Below, in pieces: positions 27,640-41,665 of a stretch of DNA of 64,000 nt. The position numbers were made by a program, and so were the translations under genes. Each line of letters starts with the position of its first letter. The stretch's first letter is position 1. The notes below the pieces were generated by a model. That model saw only the letters and a list, made by a program, of their open reading frames with translations, was not told the DNA's origin and did no database searches. Source of the DNA: Mobula birostris (Eukaryota); contig NC_092377.1 of assembly GCF_030028105.1 (NCBI RefSeq), forward strand, positions 90,302,569 through 90,366,568, written 5' to 3'.

Positions 27640-29600
27640 AGCGTCTCACATCTTTTAGCCAAATTGTGAAGACCATTTACAATTAATAGGATGAAGGCAA
27701 CCCCCAAGGTGTTCTACATGTATGTGAAGAACAGGAGGATGACTATATTGAAGGTAGGACCAATCAGGGATAGAAGAGGAAAAGTGCTTGGAGCTGGAGA
27801 AGATCCTTAATGAATACTTTGCCTCAGTATCCACCAGTGAGAGGGACCTTGATATTTGTAAGGACAGCATAAAAACACGCTGATACACTAGAAAATTTTG
27901 ATATTAATAGGATGTGCTAGAACTTCTGAAAAACATTAGGATAGATGGGCATCTGGGTCCGACAGCATATACCCCAGGTTCCTACGGGAAGCAAAGGAAG
28001 AGATAACTGTACCTTTGGCCATTATCTTTGCATACTAACCGGCCATAGGAGTACCAGATGATTGGATGGTAGCAAATGTTTAAAAAAGGGAGTAGGGATA
28101 ACCCTGGGAATTGTAGATCAGCAAGTCTTACTTCAGCGGTGGACAATTTATTGAAGATTCCTAGAGACAGAATTTACAACCATTTGGAGCAGTATAGTTT
28201 GATGAGGGATAATTAGAATGGCTTTGTGAGGGGCAGGTTATGCCTCACAAACCTGATGAATTATTTGAGGATGTGAGCACATTGATGAAGGTAGGGCAGG
28301 GGATGTGGTATATGTAAATTTTAGTAAGGCATTTGATAAGTTTCCTCATTGCAGACTCATTCATTAAGTCAGGAGACTTGGGACGCAGGTAAACTTAGCT
28401 GTGTGGATTCAGAATTGGCTTGCCCACAGAAGGCAGAGGGTATTTGTAGATGGAGCTTATTCTGCCTGGAAGTCAGTTACCAGTGATGTTCCACAGGGAT
28501 CTGTTCTGGAACCCCTGCTCTTACTGATTTTCATAAGCAACTTGGATGAGGAAGTGGACGAATGGGTTAGTTTGCAGATGACACAAAGGTTGAAGTTGTG
28601 GATAGTGTAGAAGATTGTTGCAGGTTGTTAACAGGGTGTAGAGCTGGGCTGAGATGTGGCAGATGGAGTTCAACCCAGAAAAATGTGACGTGATTCACTT
28701 TGAAGGTTGAACTTGAGGGCAGACTACAGGGTTAACGGTAGAACAGAGGGATCTTAGGGTTCATGTCCATAGATTTCTCAAAGATGCTGCACAATTTGGC
28801 AGATACAATAGGGTCTTTTAAGATACTCTTGGATAGGTACATGGAGCTTAGCAAAATAGAAGGCTATGGGTAACCCCAGGTAATTTCTAAAGTAAGTACA
28901 TGTTCAGCACAGCATTGTGGGCTGAAGGGCCTGTATTGTGCTGTAGGTTTTCTATGTTTCTACAATTTTGATGGGGTGGTTGAGAACCATATGGTGTTTT
29001 GGCCTTCAGGGGTTGAATTCAAGAGCTGTGATGTAATGTTGCAACTCTATAAATCCCTAGTTTGAGAAATTTGGAATATTGTGTTCAGTTCTTGTTGCAT
29101 CATTATGGGAAGGATGTGAAAGCTTTGAAGAGGGTGCAGAGATTTATAGGATGCTGCCAGGATTAGGAAGTATGTCTTATGAAGATAGGTTGAGTGATCA
29201 AAAACATTTCTCTTTGGAGCAAAGGAGGATCAGAGGCAAATTGATTGAGGTGTACAAAAATGATAAGAGGCATAGATCAAATAAGCAGCCAGAGACTTTT
29301 TCCAGGGCAGAAATGGCTAATAACAGGGAGCATAATTTTAAGATAATTGAAGGCTAAAGTGTGGGCGGAATGTTAGAGGCAAGTTGTTTTTTTTTTAGAA
29401 AAACAGAGTGGTGAGTGTATGAGGTGGTGATACAGGCAGATACATTAGGGACATATAAGCAAGTCTTTGATGGGCATATCAATGATAGAAAAATGGAAAG
29501 CTATGTGGGAGGGAAGGATTAGATTGATCTTAGAGTAGTTTAAAAGTTGACAAATGATTATGGGCCAAAGGGCCTGTACCGTACTGTAGTGTTCTATGTA
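27640..29600 (+). mobile_element. Old, heavily decayed CR1 ORF2 and 3' end
   Basis: WIQNWLAHRRQRV, VTSDVPQGSVLEP, tttgcagatgacaca; nested CR1 tail at ~28798-28961. Confidence 0.85.
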
Positions 29601-29699
29601 CATTTATTTTTAAATTTAAAGGCCTCTGAGTGATCACATGAAAAATGTCAGAGGTAGTCATAAATTCACCTTCTCTAAAATATAGCAAAACAAAAAATT

Positions 29700-32600
29700 G
29701 AAGAAAAACTGAATACATAAATCATTCAATTATTTATTTCAAACATTTATGTACAGCACTCTGTCCCTCCACACAGAAAACATTCACTTAAAAAAAAAAC
29801 AAAATATTCAAACTATTCCTGGCAATTTGGCATGCATTAGGCTCAACAATTTGAGCATAAGTAAAATTAATAAAGCAAGCATCAAATTTTTTTTCATCTT
29901 TTGCTACATGTTCAACATTCATTTTGTTTTACAAAATAACCATAAAAAGTGCAAATTTGTTCTTGGAAGTCATTTCCAGCTCAAATTCTCATCCATAGGA
30001 TAAGACATGAGAACTGAAGTCTTTGAGATAGATAACTTTATTTTTTTTTATTAACAAGTTGGTCAACTCAACAATCATTTCTGTTTCAACAACTGACAAA
30101 TATATCCCATGTAACAAATGTCAGAACTGCACGTGAATTTGGCCAAAGATCTCGTATGACTGAAGATCAATTCTTGGTAATGTACTCTGTACAGTGTAGC
30201 TTCTGATGGAATGACAGAATTAAACAGTTAATGAGAAATCCTGGTAGTTTTTTCCGAAATACATCACCAGGATCTCATCTCGCCAGTTCAATGATTCTTG
30301 AATTAACATATTAAACTACAACAAGCCTCCTGTAAAGGAGCATTACAATAAAATATTGACCTACTGTTATTTTAAAAATATACTTATATGAAATTTACAA
30401 GCTTTAAACTTTGTGAAGACTGTTCCCACCTACAGATTTTTACAATTAGAAGTCAGTGAAATCTCAAGTTACTGCATCAAGTGCATTTCATTATTGCTTA
30501 AAATAAAAAGCAATGTCTTTTGCTTCAGGGAAAAAGTCACAATTTATTTGTCTGATTTTCTATAAATTGAAGAAAATGCAGCTATGCAACAGAAACCAAA
30601 CATTGCCAGTCATGTTGCATAACTATATGAAGCAGAGATGTATTCCAGGAGCACAAAGACTATGTGGGTATATTTTGTGCATTGAAGGTCAAACTTGTGC
30701 ATGCCCAGTCCATCCTCCGGAGCAGCTTTGTAGCCCTCCTCTGAAAGACTCCCCAACACTACTGCACACCAATGAACCAAGAGATAATTGATGAGTGATC
30801 TCACCACCTTCTGGTTTCTCCAGATCATTCAATCAAATAGGGAACCAAACAGAAACAACTCAAGGGATAATATTTCTAAACTTGACCATTAGATGCTGTG
30901 TGTCTGAACATTTTAATTCTTTCCAGTTTCATGTAGGCTGGGTGGCACAAATGCCGAGCCTGAAATTGGTTTGTGTCCAATCTTGATTCTACAACCTTTA
31001 TTTTGAACCTGCATAGATTATTGGTTTTCAGCACTTCCATGGAACAAAAGAAAAGTGGTAGAGACAACTTTTGGACTGATAATTAATGATTTTAAACCAA
31101 AGTCTTCACTGAGCATTGATATGGACTCATTATAGTGAACAATTAATCTTTAAGGTTTGCACCACCAGTAACAGGTAACCTTCCAGGAATTTGAATGTAA
31201 ATAGAGGGACTGTCTGAGGGAGAAAGGTTGGAGACAAGTTCCACACACCCACGCATCTGTCATCAAATAGACTATGCAGGAAAGGAGATTAATAAGCCAG
31301 TTCTTTAAATTGGGACAACTACCAGCAGTACAGGAAATATGAGACTAGGTAGATAAGTCAAAAATACAGAAATAAATCTCTTGGTCTTGATCAGAAACTG
31401 ATTTGAAAATGTACTACGACGTCGCCCTATAAGTGGTGTATTCCCTTCAACCTCCAGAAAAGGTTGTGGCCTCCTTTAATCAGCTGACCTTGTTCCAATA
31501 GGCAACAACTCCTCAAATCCAAACGATGGACCTGAACAAATGGTTGAGGCCCATTCACCAGCAGGCATCTCTGCATAGAGAGTACCACCTCTCTCTGTCA
31601 TTAGCTCTCTCCACCCAACTTCACAAAACACATTGTTTAAATGACATGCTGCCCATTCCTGGCCAGCAGAAATGCTGCCATTACTTTAAGAATGATTAAA
31701 TGATGGGGACGTTGGAATGCTCCAGAGTTTAAGTTAGCAAGACAATGATTGCTAGCGCAAGTAAGCTGGAGATGATGGAAAGCTTGCATTATTAGTATCT
31801 GGGATTAGAGTCTCACATTCTGTAGGCAATAGTCAAGGATGAGATTGAAGGTAAAATGTTGGTGGGTGCATGACATTAACTGTATGGGATGGCAAGTGAA
31901 GCTGGTTCAACCATGAAGATAGCTTGTTTTCCAGCTGGTTTGTTAACTGCACAGAGCTCTGTTCACAGTGAATTTGCCTGCAGGACCACTCAGATCTTGA
32001 AAAACAAGAAGCTGCAGATGACGGAAATCAAATTTAACAAACAGATGCTGGTTGGACATCCGTGGAGGGAGAAGCAGAATCATGTTTCAGATCAATGATC
32101 ATCCACCAAACCTCAACAGCTCTGCTCTTCACACGGATGCTAAGTACTTCCAGTATTGAGTTCTTATTATCGCAAGATGGGTCTGGTGGGAAATGACAGG
32201 CAACAATCAAGTGTGGGCCTCCTCCCTCACAACGGATTTATTTCTGACACAGGCCAAGGTCACACTTGGAACCTCACACACAAGACATTTCCCCTCAATC
32301 ACACCAACTGCCACTTTTGTGCATTTCTCAATTTCAGCGGTCTCACACCAGCCTCAAAATGGGGGGGGGGGGGGGGTCCTGAATAAATAAACCATTTATT
32401 ATGTGCAACCAGATCAGTAATATTTTCAGTCTTGGGAGGGAGGGGGTGCGTAGGACTCCTGAGTACGTGGCAACACCCACTTGGGTCTCTTCCAGCTGGC
32501 TAACACATCCAAGTGTGAGATAGTGAATGCAAGACCACTACATGACGAGGCTACAGATATTAGCTCCATGCCAGAACCAGCCACGGACACCATCACCAAT

Positions 32601-32906
32601 CATTTCCGTCTCGAGGCACCAGGTAACATCACTACCCACGACGCTCACTGCATTCCCTGCTGTAGTTGCGTCTTTTGCTCACGATTCAGCCAGTGATTCT
32701 CTATATGTACAAAAGTAAACATTTATTTGCATTGTTTTTTTTATTAAATTGTGATAAACACGCACCTTCTCCAAATCTAGATACTACTCTACACTATGAC
32801 TCGGTCAGGGAGTGCAGCCAGCGATCTATCAGAGTGAGTCAACACATATCTAGTTTCCCTTTGCTCTTTCCCCTGCCCAGTGTTCCAAGTCCGGCCAGCC
32901 TTGCCC
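29700..32906 (-). other. PLEKHG1: Probable long 3' UTR of PLEKHG1
   Basis: Follows the stop codon; AT-rich and nearly free of recognisable repeats; minus-strand AATAAA at 29733-29738, with others at 29603-29608, ~32395, ~32722 and ~32740. The 3' end is inferred. Confidence 0.5.
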
Positions 32907-33835
32907 CTACGCGAAGCTGCTGGAGCTGAGGCATTGGAACTTGTCCCGCAGCGTCTGTACGATGTTCTGCTGGCCAGGGGAGGACTCCCGCCAAAGGTAA
33001 TGGCTCAGCTGGTCAGGCTCGGTCAGCGTAGACAAGGAGCTGGACACTCCAGGGCTGCAGGAGGTACTGTTCTGGCGAGCCTGTGGTCCAGGCTCCACCA
33101 CGCCACCAGCTGGCAGAAGGGCATCGGCGGCCAGGCTGCCCTCGTCCAGCTCCTCATAGTCCTCATCCTCGGAGCGGATTTCCACGTAGTCCTCGTCGTC
33201 CTCACCTGCGTCATTGAAGTTCGCCAGGTAGTTTCGTGTTGCCGAGCGGGCGTCCAGTGCTGGGCTCCTGCCCACCAGCACCACTTGCCGGGGATCCTGC
33301 AGCGTCAGTTTGGGCCGCTCAGCCTCCAGTGCCAGCCCAGCTGAAGTGGCCCCAGCGCCGCAGTCGGGGGCCGCCACCGAGGGGGAGGACAGGGACACCC
33401 CCCTCGCCCCGGCCTCCCTCCGTCCCAGCGTCTGGCAGTGGCGCAGCGCCGAGCAGCCAGGGCCATTGGGAGGTATGACTATGGCACTCCAGCGTTGCTC
33501 TGGAGGGTGGCCAGCAGCCACTGAGGGGGACGAGCCAGTTAACCCTCCCCTGGCCTGCAGGCATGTTCCCGCTGCTTGTGTGGAATACTTAGCTGCCAGC
33601 TCCTGGATGTCTGGCCAGCCCACAAAGTCTGCCAGCTCCCCGTTGCTGTAGGTGGAGTGCAGCAGCCAGTCTTCGACGTCTAGGCTGTGCCCGCGGGAGC
33701 TGCAGGCGGACAGTAGACCCTGGGGAGAGCCGCGTGACCACCCCTCGCTGTCCGTCGATGCCATCGAAGATCTGGGGGGAGTTTCCCGGAAAAGGAGCTG
33801 GTCGTACAGCTGGGAGTATTCGGCAATCCGAGCTC
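32907..33835 (-). CDS. PLEKHG1: PLEKHG1 last coding exon
   Basis: AG acceptor at 33837-33836; GARIAEYSQLYDQ...DEDYVEIRSED...QNIVQTLRDKFQCLSSSSFA*, matching the PLEKHG1 C-terminus. Confidence 0.93.
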
Positions 33836-35629
33836 CTGAGAGAAAAGAACGGGAAAAATCATTAAACAGAGATAAGATCCACTTTGTAAATGACACACTG
33901 AAGGTGAAATGACACAATATGCTGCCATTCTCCCTTTGAAATTTACAATCTGCTGGCAAAACTCAATGGGTCAAGCAGCCTCAGAAAAGTAAATGCAGAA
34001 GTCCAGATGAAGGGTCATGACCCAATCAACTGTCCATTTCCCGTGCCCGACCTGTTGAGCTCCCAGAGACATCTTGGAGGCACCAGAGACAAGAGACACT
34101 AGAATCTGGAGCAACAAACAAGATGTTGGAGGAGAAGGCTGGCGGGGTCTGGGGACAGTTTCTGTTTCCGGTAAAGATCCTTCATTTGAACCCCAGCATT
34201 TTGCTTGTTACTCTAAACTCCAGCACCTGTGGTTAAGTGTCTCTGAAGTTTATCACGTCTGTTAACTTAGGAATACTTCATTTCCAGTGGTAAATTTATA
34301 GAACTATTAAAAACGATTAGCTTGATCCTTATTCCAATTCATCACACAGTATTTGTTGTCTAAGGTGGATGTAATGCATCGCCAGGGTTAATGCATTTTT
34401 AAGCTTTCCTAGTTCCAGAGCACACTTGTACCTCCCTACATGAACTTCCATCTGCCACAATCCATGAGTGGATTTGGAATATTCACCTTCCTTCTCCACA
34501 TTCAAACTCTGCCTGGGATGGTCCCAAGCCCAGCTATGAAAGGAGGGTTGAGCAAGGGACTGCTAACAACCCCATTCCCCAAAAACCCAGGGCTACAGTA
34601 ATGCCAACAGAGGCTCGAGACTTCACCCCTGGCAGAGGAAGGGTCTTCACCTAGGAGACGTATGAAAGCCACAGGGCCCATCAACCTTCTATCCATCATC
34701 CACGGCAAAAGAGAGGCCTGCCAAAGAGCACCTGGCAACGCGACCTTGAAGCTGACACCAAGAAGATGGGTTATACCTGGGCGTAGCTCGAAACGTGGGC
34801 CCAGGACAGGGGACTCGGACCAGCTACTGTTGGCAGCCTCTGCCCAGCAGGGGTGATGGGCTTTACATCAGTGTTCCATATTCAGTGTGCTAATCTGAAT
34901 TTACAGAAATGATGCAGGTAGGATTATTTAGTTGTGTGGGACAGTGTGGAAACTTATTTAATAGAGTAACCAACTTGCTCATCATTTTATGACGCATGCC
35001 AGCTTGGTTTGTGTTCACTCACATCACTTCATGCCTCCTGAAAATTAACTGTACATCTGCACAGGGGAGTGAGAACATCAGCTCTGCTTCAAACTCAGTA
35101 AATGTGATCAAAGAAATGCCAAGAAAGAACAACTAACAACACCCTAAAACAGCAAGAAATGTTATGAGATTAACCATCACCGCTTGATGCAAAGGAACCT
35201 GACAACATTTATGCAGGGAAGTGGTTCCTGCAATGAAAAACGTCAGTTGTGATCTTATTTAAAATATAAGGTGTCAAATAGCCTATTCTTGCTTCTATAT
35301 ATATTTTTTTCCTTAAGTTTTACATTCTTAGGCTTAAAAAATCTGTCATAAAAGATCTCACTGTTTGTTAGTTGTGGATAACAAGTTACTTGACCTGTTT
35401 CGAATGACTTGGGGAGTCAGTACTTTTCGACATTACTACAGGTTTTGCTGCACACATTATCTCTGCTTCTCGTGATGACTGTCATGAAAGCAATCTGGAG
35501 GCAGGCAGGTCAGGGTGTACGTATGGGCTCACAACAAATCAGTTTTACAACTAACGTGGCACAAAATCTGTATTTCCAAACGTAAATGGAGCTACTATTG
35601 ATATCACTACTATAGTAAAGAGATAATTG

Positions 35630-38600
35630 ATCAAAGCTACAGGGAAGTAGTCACCTCGAAGTTGCAGGAGGCGAGTAGCTGGGTGACCATCAGCAGAAAT
35701 GGAAATAGGCAGTTAGAGCAGAACACACCCATGGCCATTCCCCTCAGAAATAAATATACTGCTTTGGAAACTTTTGTGGGGGATGACCTCCCAGGAGAAT
35801 GCCACAGCAACCGGGTTACGGGCACTGAGCATGGGGTCGTGGTGCAGAAGGGAAAGAGACAGAAGAGGGGAGCGGGAGTGATAGAGGACTCAATAGTGAG
35901 GGGAACAGACAGGAGATTCTGTGGACGTGAACGGGACACCCGGATGGTATGTTGCCTCCCAGGTGCCAGGGTCAGGGATGTCTCAGATCGTGTCCACAAC
36001 ATTTTGGAGAGGGAGGGAGAGCAGCCGGGTTCATATTGGTACCAATGACACAGGAAGGAAAAGCAAAGATGTCCTGAAAAGAGATTTACAGAGCTAGTTA
36101 GGAAGCTGAGAAACAGGACCTCTTGGGTTGTAATTTCTGGATTGCTGCCTGTGCCACGCACCAGTGAGGGAGAAACAAGAGGATTTGGCAGATAAATGCG
36201 TGGCTGAGAAGCTGGTGCAGGGGGCAGGGCTTTGGGTTCTTGGATCATTGGGATCTCTTCTGGGGGTGGTATTGCCTGTTCAAAAGTGACAGGTTGCACC
36301 TGAACCCGAGGGGGAACAATATTCTTGCTGGCAGGTTTGTTAGAACTGTTGGGGAGAGTTTAAACTAATTTGGCAGGGGGGTGGGAACTCGAATGAAGGA
36401 TCTCAGGACAGGACAGATGGTAAAAAAGTAAAGATAGCATGCAGCCAGATTGTCAGGAAGGGCAGGCAGGTGATGGGACTTAGTTGCAGCCAACAGGCTG
36501 AGTATCAAAATATTAGGGATGCAAAAACAAAGGATAGCAAATACAGTACTCAACGTGTTCTACCTATATGATCGGAGTATAAGAAATAAGGTGGATGATC
36601 TTGCTGCAATATTACAGATTGCCAGGTATGATGTTGTGGCCATCACTGAATTGTGGCTGAAGGATGGTTGTAGTTGGGAGCTGAATGTCCAAGGTTATGC
36701 GTTATATCAGAGGGATAGGAAGGCAGGCAGAGGGGGATGGTGTAGCTCTACAAGTAAAGAATGGCATCAAATCAGTAGAAAGATGTGACATAGGATCGGA
36801 AGATGTTGAATCTTTGTGGGTTGAGTTCAGAAACTTCAAGTGTAAAAGGATGTTGATGGCAGTTATATACAGGCCTCCCAACCATGTTTGGGAGGTGGAC
36901 CACAGATTACAACAGGAAATAGAAAAGGTGTGTCAAAAGGGCAATGTTATGGTAGTCATGGGAGATTTTAACATGCAGGTTGATTGGGGAAATCAGGTTG
37001 GTAATGGATCTCAAGAGAGTCAGTTTGTTGAATACTTAAGAGATAGCTTTTTAGAGCTGTTTGTCGTTGACCCCACTACGGGATCAGCTATACTGGATTG
37101 GGTGTTATGTAACGAACCAGAGGCGATTAGGGAGCTTAAGGTAAAAGAACCCTTAGGAACTAGCGATCACAATATGATTGAATTCACCTTGAAATTTGAT
37201 AGGGAGAAAGTAAAGTCTGATGTAGTAGTATTTCAGTGGAGAAAGGGAAATTACAGTGGTATGAGAGAGGAGTTGGCCAAAGTAAATTGGAAGGAGCTGC
37301 TGGCAGGGATGTCAGCAGAGCAGCAATGGCATGCGTTTCTGGGAAAAATGAGGAAAGTGCAGGACATGTGTATTCCAAAAATGAAGAAATACTCAAATGG
37401 TAAAATAGTACAACCATGGCTGACAAGGGAAGTCAAAGGTAATGTAAAAGCAAAAGAAAGGGCATACAACAAAGCACAAATTAGTGGGAGGATAGACGAT
37501 TGGGAAGTTTTTAAAAACCTACAGAGAGCAACTTAAAAAATCATTAGAAGGGAAAAGATGAAATATGGAAGCAAGCTAGCAAATAATATTAAAGTGTTTA
37601 GTAAAAGTTTTTTTCAAGTATGTTAAAAAGAAAAGAAAAATGAGACTGGGTATAGGACCACTAGAAAATGAGGCAGGAGAAATAATAATGGGGGACAAAG
37701 AGGTGACTGATGAACTAAAAGAGTATTTTGCATCACTCTGGAAGACACTAGCAGTACGTCTGATGTTGTAGTGTGTGAAGGGAGAGAAGTGGGTGCAGTT
37801 ACTATTACAAGCGAGAAGATGCTCAAAAAGCTGAAAGACCCAAAAGGTACACAATTCACCTGGACCAGATGAACTGCACCTTAGGGTTCTGAAAGAGGTA
37901 GCGTTAGAGATTGTGGTGGTATTAGAAATCATCTTTCAAAAATTATTGGACTCTGGCATGGTGCCAGAGAACTGAAAAATTGCAAATGTTACTCCACTCT
38001 TTTAGAAAGGAAGAAGGCAGTAGAGAGGAAATTATAGTCCAGTTAGCCTGACCTCAGTGGTTGGGAAGATGTTGGAGTTAATTGTTAAGGATGAGGTGAT
38101 GGAATACTTGGTGACACAGGACAAGATAGTACAAAGTCAGCATGACTTTCTTCTGGGAAAATCCTGTCCGATGAAGCTGCTGGAATTCTTTGAGGAGATT
38201 ATAAGTAGGATGGATAAAGGGGATGCAGTGAATGTTGTATATTTGGACTTTCAGAAGGCCTTTGACAAGCTGCCACACATGAGGCTGCTTACCAAGTTAA
38301 GAGCCTGTGGTTTTTCAGGAAAGTTAACAACATGGTTAAGAGTATTGGCTGATTGATAGGAGGCAACGAGTGGAAATTAAAGGATCCTTTTCTGGTTGGC
38401 TGCCAGTGACTGGTGGTGTTCCACAGGGGTCAGTATTGGGACCACCTTTTTTATGCTGTATATAAATGATTTAGATGATGAAATAGATGGCTTTTTTGCC
38501 AAGTTTGTAGATGATACAAAGATTGGTGGAGGGACAGGCAGTGTTGAGGAAATGGGTAGGCTGCAGAAGGACTTAAGACAGATTAGGAGAATGGGCAGTA

Positions 38601-39445
38601 AAGTGGCAAATGAAATACAATGTTGGAAGATGCATGGTCATGCACTTTGTTAGTAGAAATAAATGTGCAGACTATTTTCTAAACGGGGTGAAAATCCAGG
38701 AATCTGAGATGCAGAGGGACTTGGGAGTTCTTCTGCAGATCACCCTGAAGGTTAACTTGCGGGTTGAGTCGGTGGTGAGGAAGGCAAATGCCATGTTAGC
38801 ATTCATTTCAAGAGGTCTAGAATACAAGAGCAAGGATGTGATGCTGAGGTTTTATAAGGCACTGGTGAGGCCTCACCTTGAGTATTGTGAACAGTTTTGG
38901 GCCCCTCATCTTAGAAGAGATGTGCTGGTATTGGAGAAGGTGCAGAGGAGGTTCACAAGGATGATTCCAGGAATGAAAGAGTTATTATACGAGGAACATT
39001 TGATGGTTCTGGGTCTGTACTCGCTGGAATTCAGAAGGATGGGGAGGGGGGGATCTCACTGAAACCTTTAGAATGTTGAAAGGCCTAGGCAGAATAGATA
39101 TGGAAAAGATGTTTCCCATGGTGGGACAGTCTAGGACAAGAGGGTACAGCCTCAGGATAGAAGGGCGCCCTTTCACAACAGGGATGTGGATAAATTTCTT
39201 TAGCCAGAGGGTGGTGAACTTGTGGAATTTGTTGCCACATGCAGCTGTGGAGGCCAGGTCATTGGGTATATTTAAGGCAGAGATTGATAGGTTCTTGATT
39301 GGACATGGCATCAAAGGTTATGGGGAGAAGGCTGGGAACTGGGGTTGAGGAGGAGAGGAAAAAAAAAAGGATTAGCCATGAATGAATAGCAGAGCAGACC
39401 CAATGGGCCAGATGCCCTAATTCTGCTCCTATGTCTTATGGTCTA
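35630..39445 (+). mobile_element. Near-full-length decayed CR1 LINE in the last PLEKHG1 intron, antisense to the gene
   Basis: ORF1 (IEDSIVRG, VCCLPGARV), APE (MGDFN, SDHN), RT (YLDFQKAFDK, KFVDDTK), tail cctatgtcttatggtct; many stops. Confidence 0.92.
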
Positions 39446-39446
39446 T

Positions 39447-39650
39447 CACACACAAAATGCTGGAACAGCTCAGCAGATCAAGCACATCCATGGAAAGGAA
39501 TAAAAAGTCAACATTTCAGGTCGAGGCTCTTCATCAGGACTCAGCCCGAAACATCAACTCTTTATTCATTTCCATTGAGGTTGCCTGACCTGCTAAGTTC
39601 CTTCAGCATTCTGTGCATATTACTTTAGATTTCCAGCATCTTCAGAATCT
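39447..39650. mobile_element. Short fold-back PLE-end element containing a hammerhead motif
   Basis: Arms of ~70 bp in inverted orientation; minus strand AGTC-CTGATGA-..-GAAA-TGTT-GACT at ~39506-39541. Confidence 0.65.
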
Positions 39651-41029
39651 CGTCCATTTATGATTCATTGCAGATAAAGTCGTTTTGCACTACAGTGGAC
39701 TTGGGTTTTACTGTTCTAATTGTGTTCTCTCTCGTAAAAATTATGTGCAACCTTTTTCCGTTGTGAATGCTGCTTATCTGATGCGATGTGCTCATGGTGC
39801 TGTGCTCCAAGTGAGCTGTTTGCTGAACCTGTGCATACGTGTATTCGTGCACGTGAGAATAAGCTCAACTTTGACATAAAGAGCTTTCGAAGAAATCACA
39901 CTCTCCCAACTTAAAGCAGGATATATTCAATCGAAGTACGAGTGTAAAATAGTTGCATCGAATCTGTGGGGCTTTCTTTCATCTGAGTCACTGATAGCCA
40001 CAGTCAGCAGGCTTTACTGACCGCTGAATGTCTCAATTTTGTCCCACTGGTCTTGGAAACAGCGTTGTCCCCACATGTTCCTTTGTGACATCCTCTCTGG
40101 AGATGTCGATTGGTGCCCCAGACCACAGTGTGTACTTGGGAAATGTTAGGTCTGATAGTATATTCACTCACACCCTCCTTTTCCTACCTTTCCTTTGCAC
40201 AGAATTTAGAAACACTGTACCATACACCACAAAACCCCCGAGAATGGTAATAGAACTATCAGCCGTCTTTAAAAGGAAACAGGGTGAGTTTAGCAGCCAG
40301 TGAGGTGCCAACCACAGCTCAGTTGACTGCACTCGCATACAAGCTCCACTCCAGAGACCCGAGCACCAATTCCAGAACAGACGTTAAAGTGAAGGCACGG
40401 GCAGCTGGAGTTTGGTTGGAGGTTATGAAGTGGGAGACGGGCAAAGACAGGTTTAGAGAGCATCTTGGTAGCACATTAGCTGAGAAAATATAGAAACATA
40501 CAAGACTCCTGCCCTATCCTGCCACTGGACTGAATAACCAGCACTTTGTCTTTCCCTTTGGGATTGGGATGGGAGAAGGGAAAGGGAGGAGAAAAGGATT
40601 CTGGTCAGAGGAAATTTAGAAGATTGTCAATTGTCAAGACAAAATAGATAAATGACAGCCAAATGTTGAAAGAAGTGATCGTCAGGTAGAGGTCATTTAT
40701 ACAAGAGCATATACAACAACATGGTGACCATGATCGCCTTCGTCGTACGGCACATAATGATGATGAACGAGGCAGGAAAGGAGATGAAGGGCAAAATTGA
40801 AGGTTACGTCTGGATATGCACAGACTCTGTAATGAGAAATTAATTAATGGTACAAGTATAAACGTGAATGATAATTGCCACGGCAGATTCATGCTTGCAA
40901 AGTTATTTATGATGGAATTCATTTACTTATAGTTACTTTTAGTTAAAAGTAACAAAATAGAAAAGTGGGATAGTCCTGATGAAGGGAGTGGATGGGGCAA
41001 GGAGTTAAGAAGATGCCCAACACTGAAAA

Positions 41030-41665
41030 TTGCAGATATGTTAAACAGTGGGTGGACAGACTGTATGCTGACCTTCACTAGAAGTGGATTCAAGTACAAG
41101 AGAAAAGTTTTCCTACTGCAATTGTATACATGACTTTGTAACAACATAGTCTGTCCTTGGTCTCTGTCCACAGAACAAAACCCTTGTTGAAGAAGGGGTT
41201 GATTGGAAGATCGCCGGATTGTTTCCAAGGAAAAAGGGCAGGATTTGTTTTACATGAAGATGTAAGCAACTAGACCCATGTCCTATAGCCTTTTTCTTTG
41301 GAGCAAAGGAGAACGAGGGGCGACTTAATAGAGGCATACAAGATTCTAAGAGGCTCAGATTGAGTGGACAGCCAGACACTTCTTCCCGCAGTAGAAATGG
41401 CTTCTACGAGGGGCATAATTTTAAGGTGACTGGAAGAAAGTATAGGGGAGGATGTCAGAAGTGTGTTTTTTTTTTAAATGGAATGGTGGGTGGATGGTGG
41501 TAGAGGCAGATACAATAGCAGCATCTAAGAAAATCCTGGACAGGCTCATGGATAATCGAAAATTAGAGTGGTGTGTGCGTGTCCGTTAGATCGATCTTAT
41601 AGGTTAAAAGATCAGCACAACATTGTGTGCAGAAATGCCTGTACAGTGCTAAAATGTTCTATGTA
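41030..41665 (+). mobile_element. Degenerate CR1 3' fragment
   Basis: ttttctttggagcaaagga, gggcataattttaaggt, gttctatgt tail. Confidence 0.65.

Noticed and set aside
40972-40986. GTCCTGATGAAGGG hammerhead half-site (similar at ~9285)
   Set aside because: No downstream stem II or GAAA box; only a PLE-end remnant.
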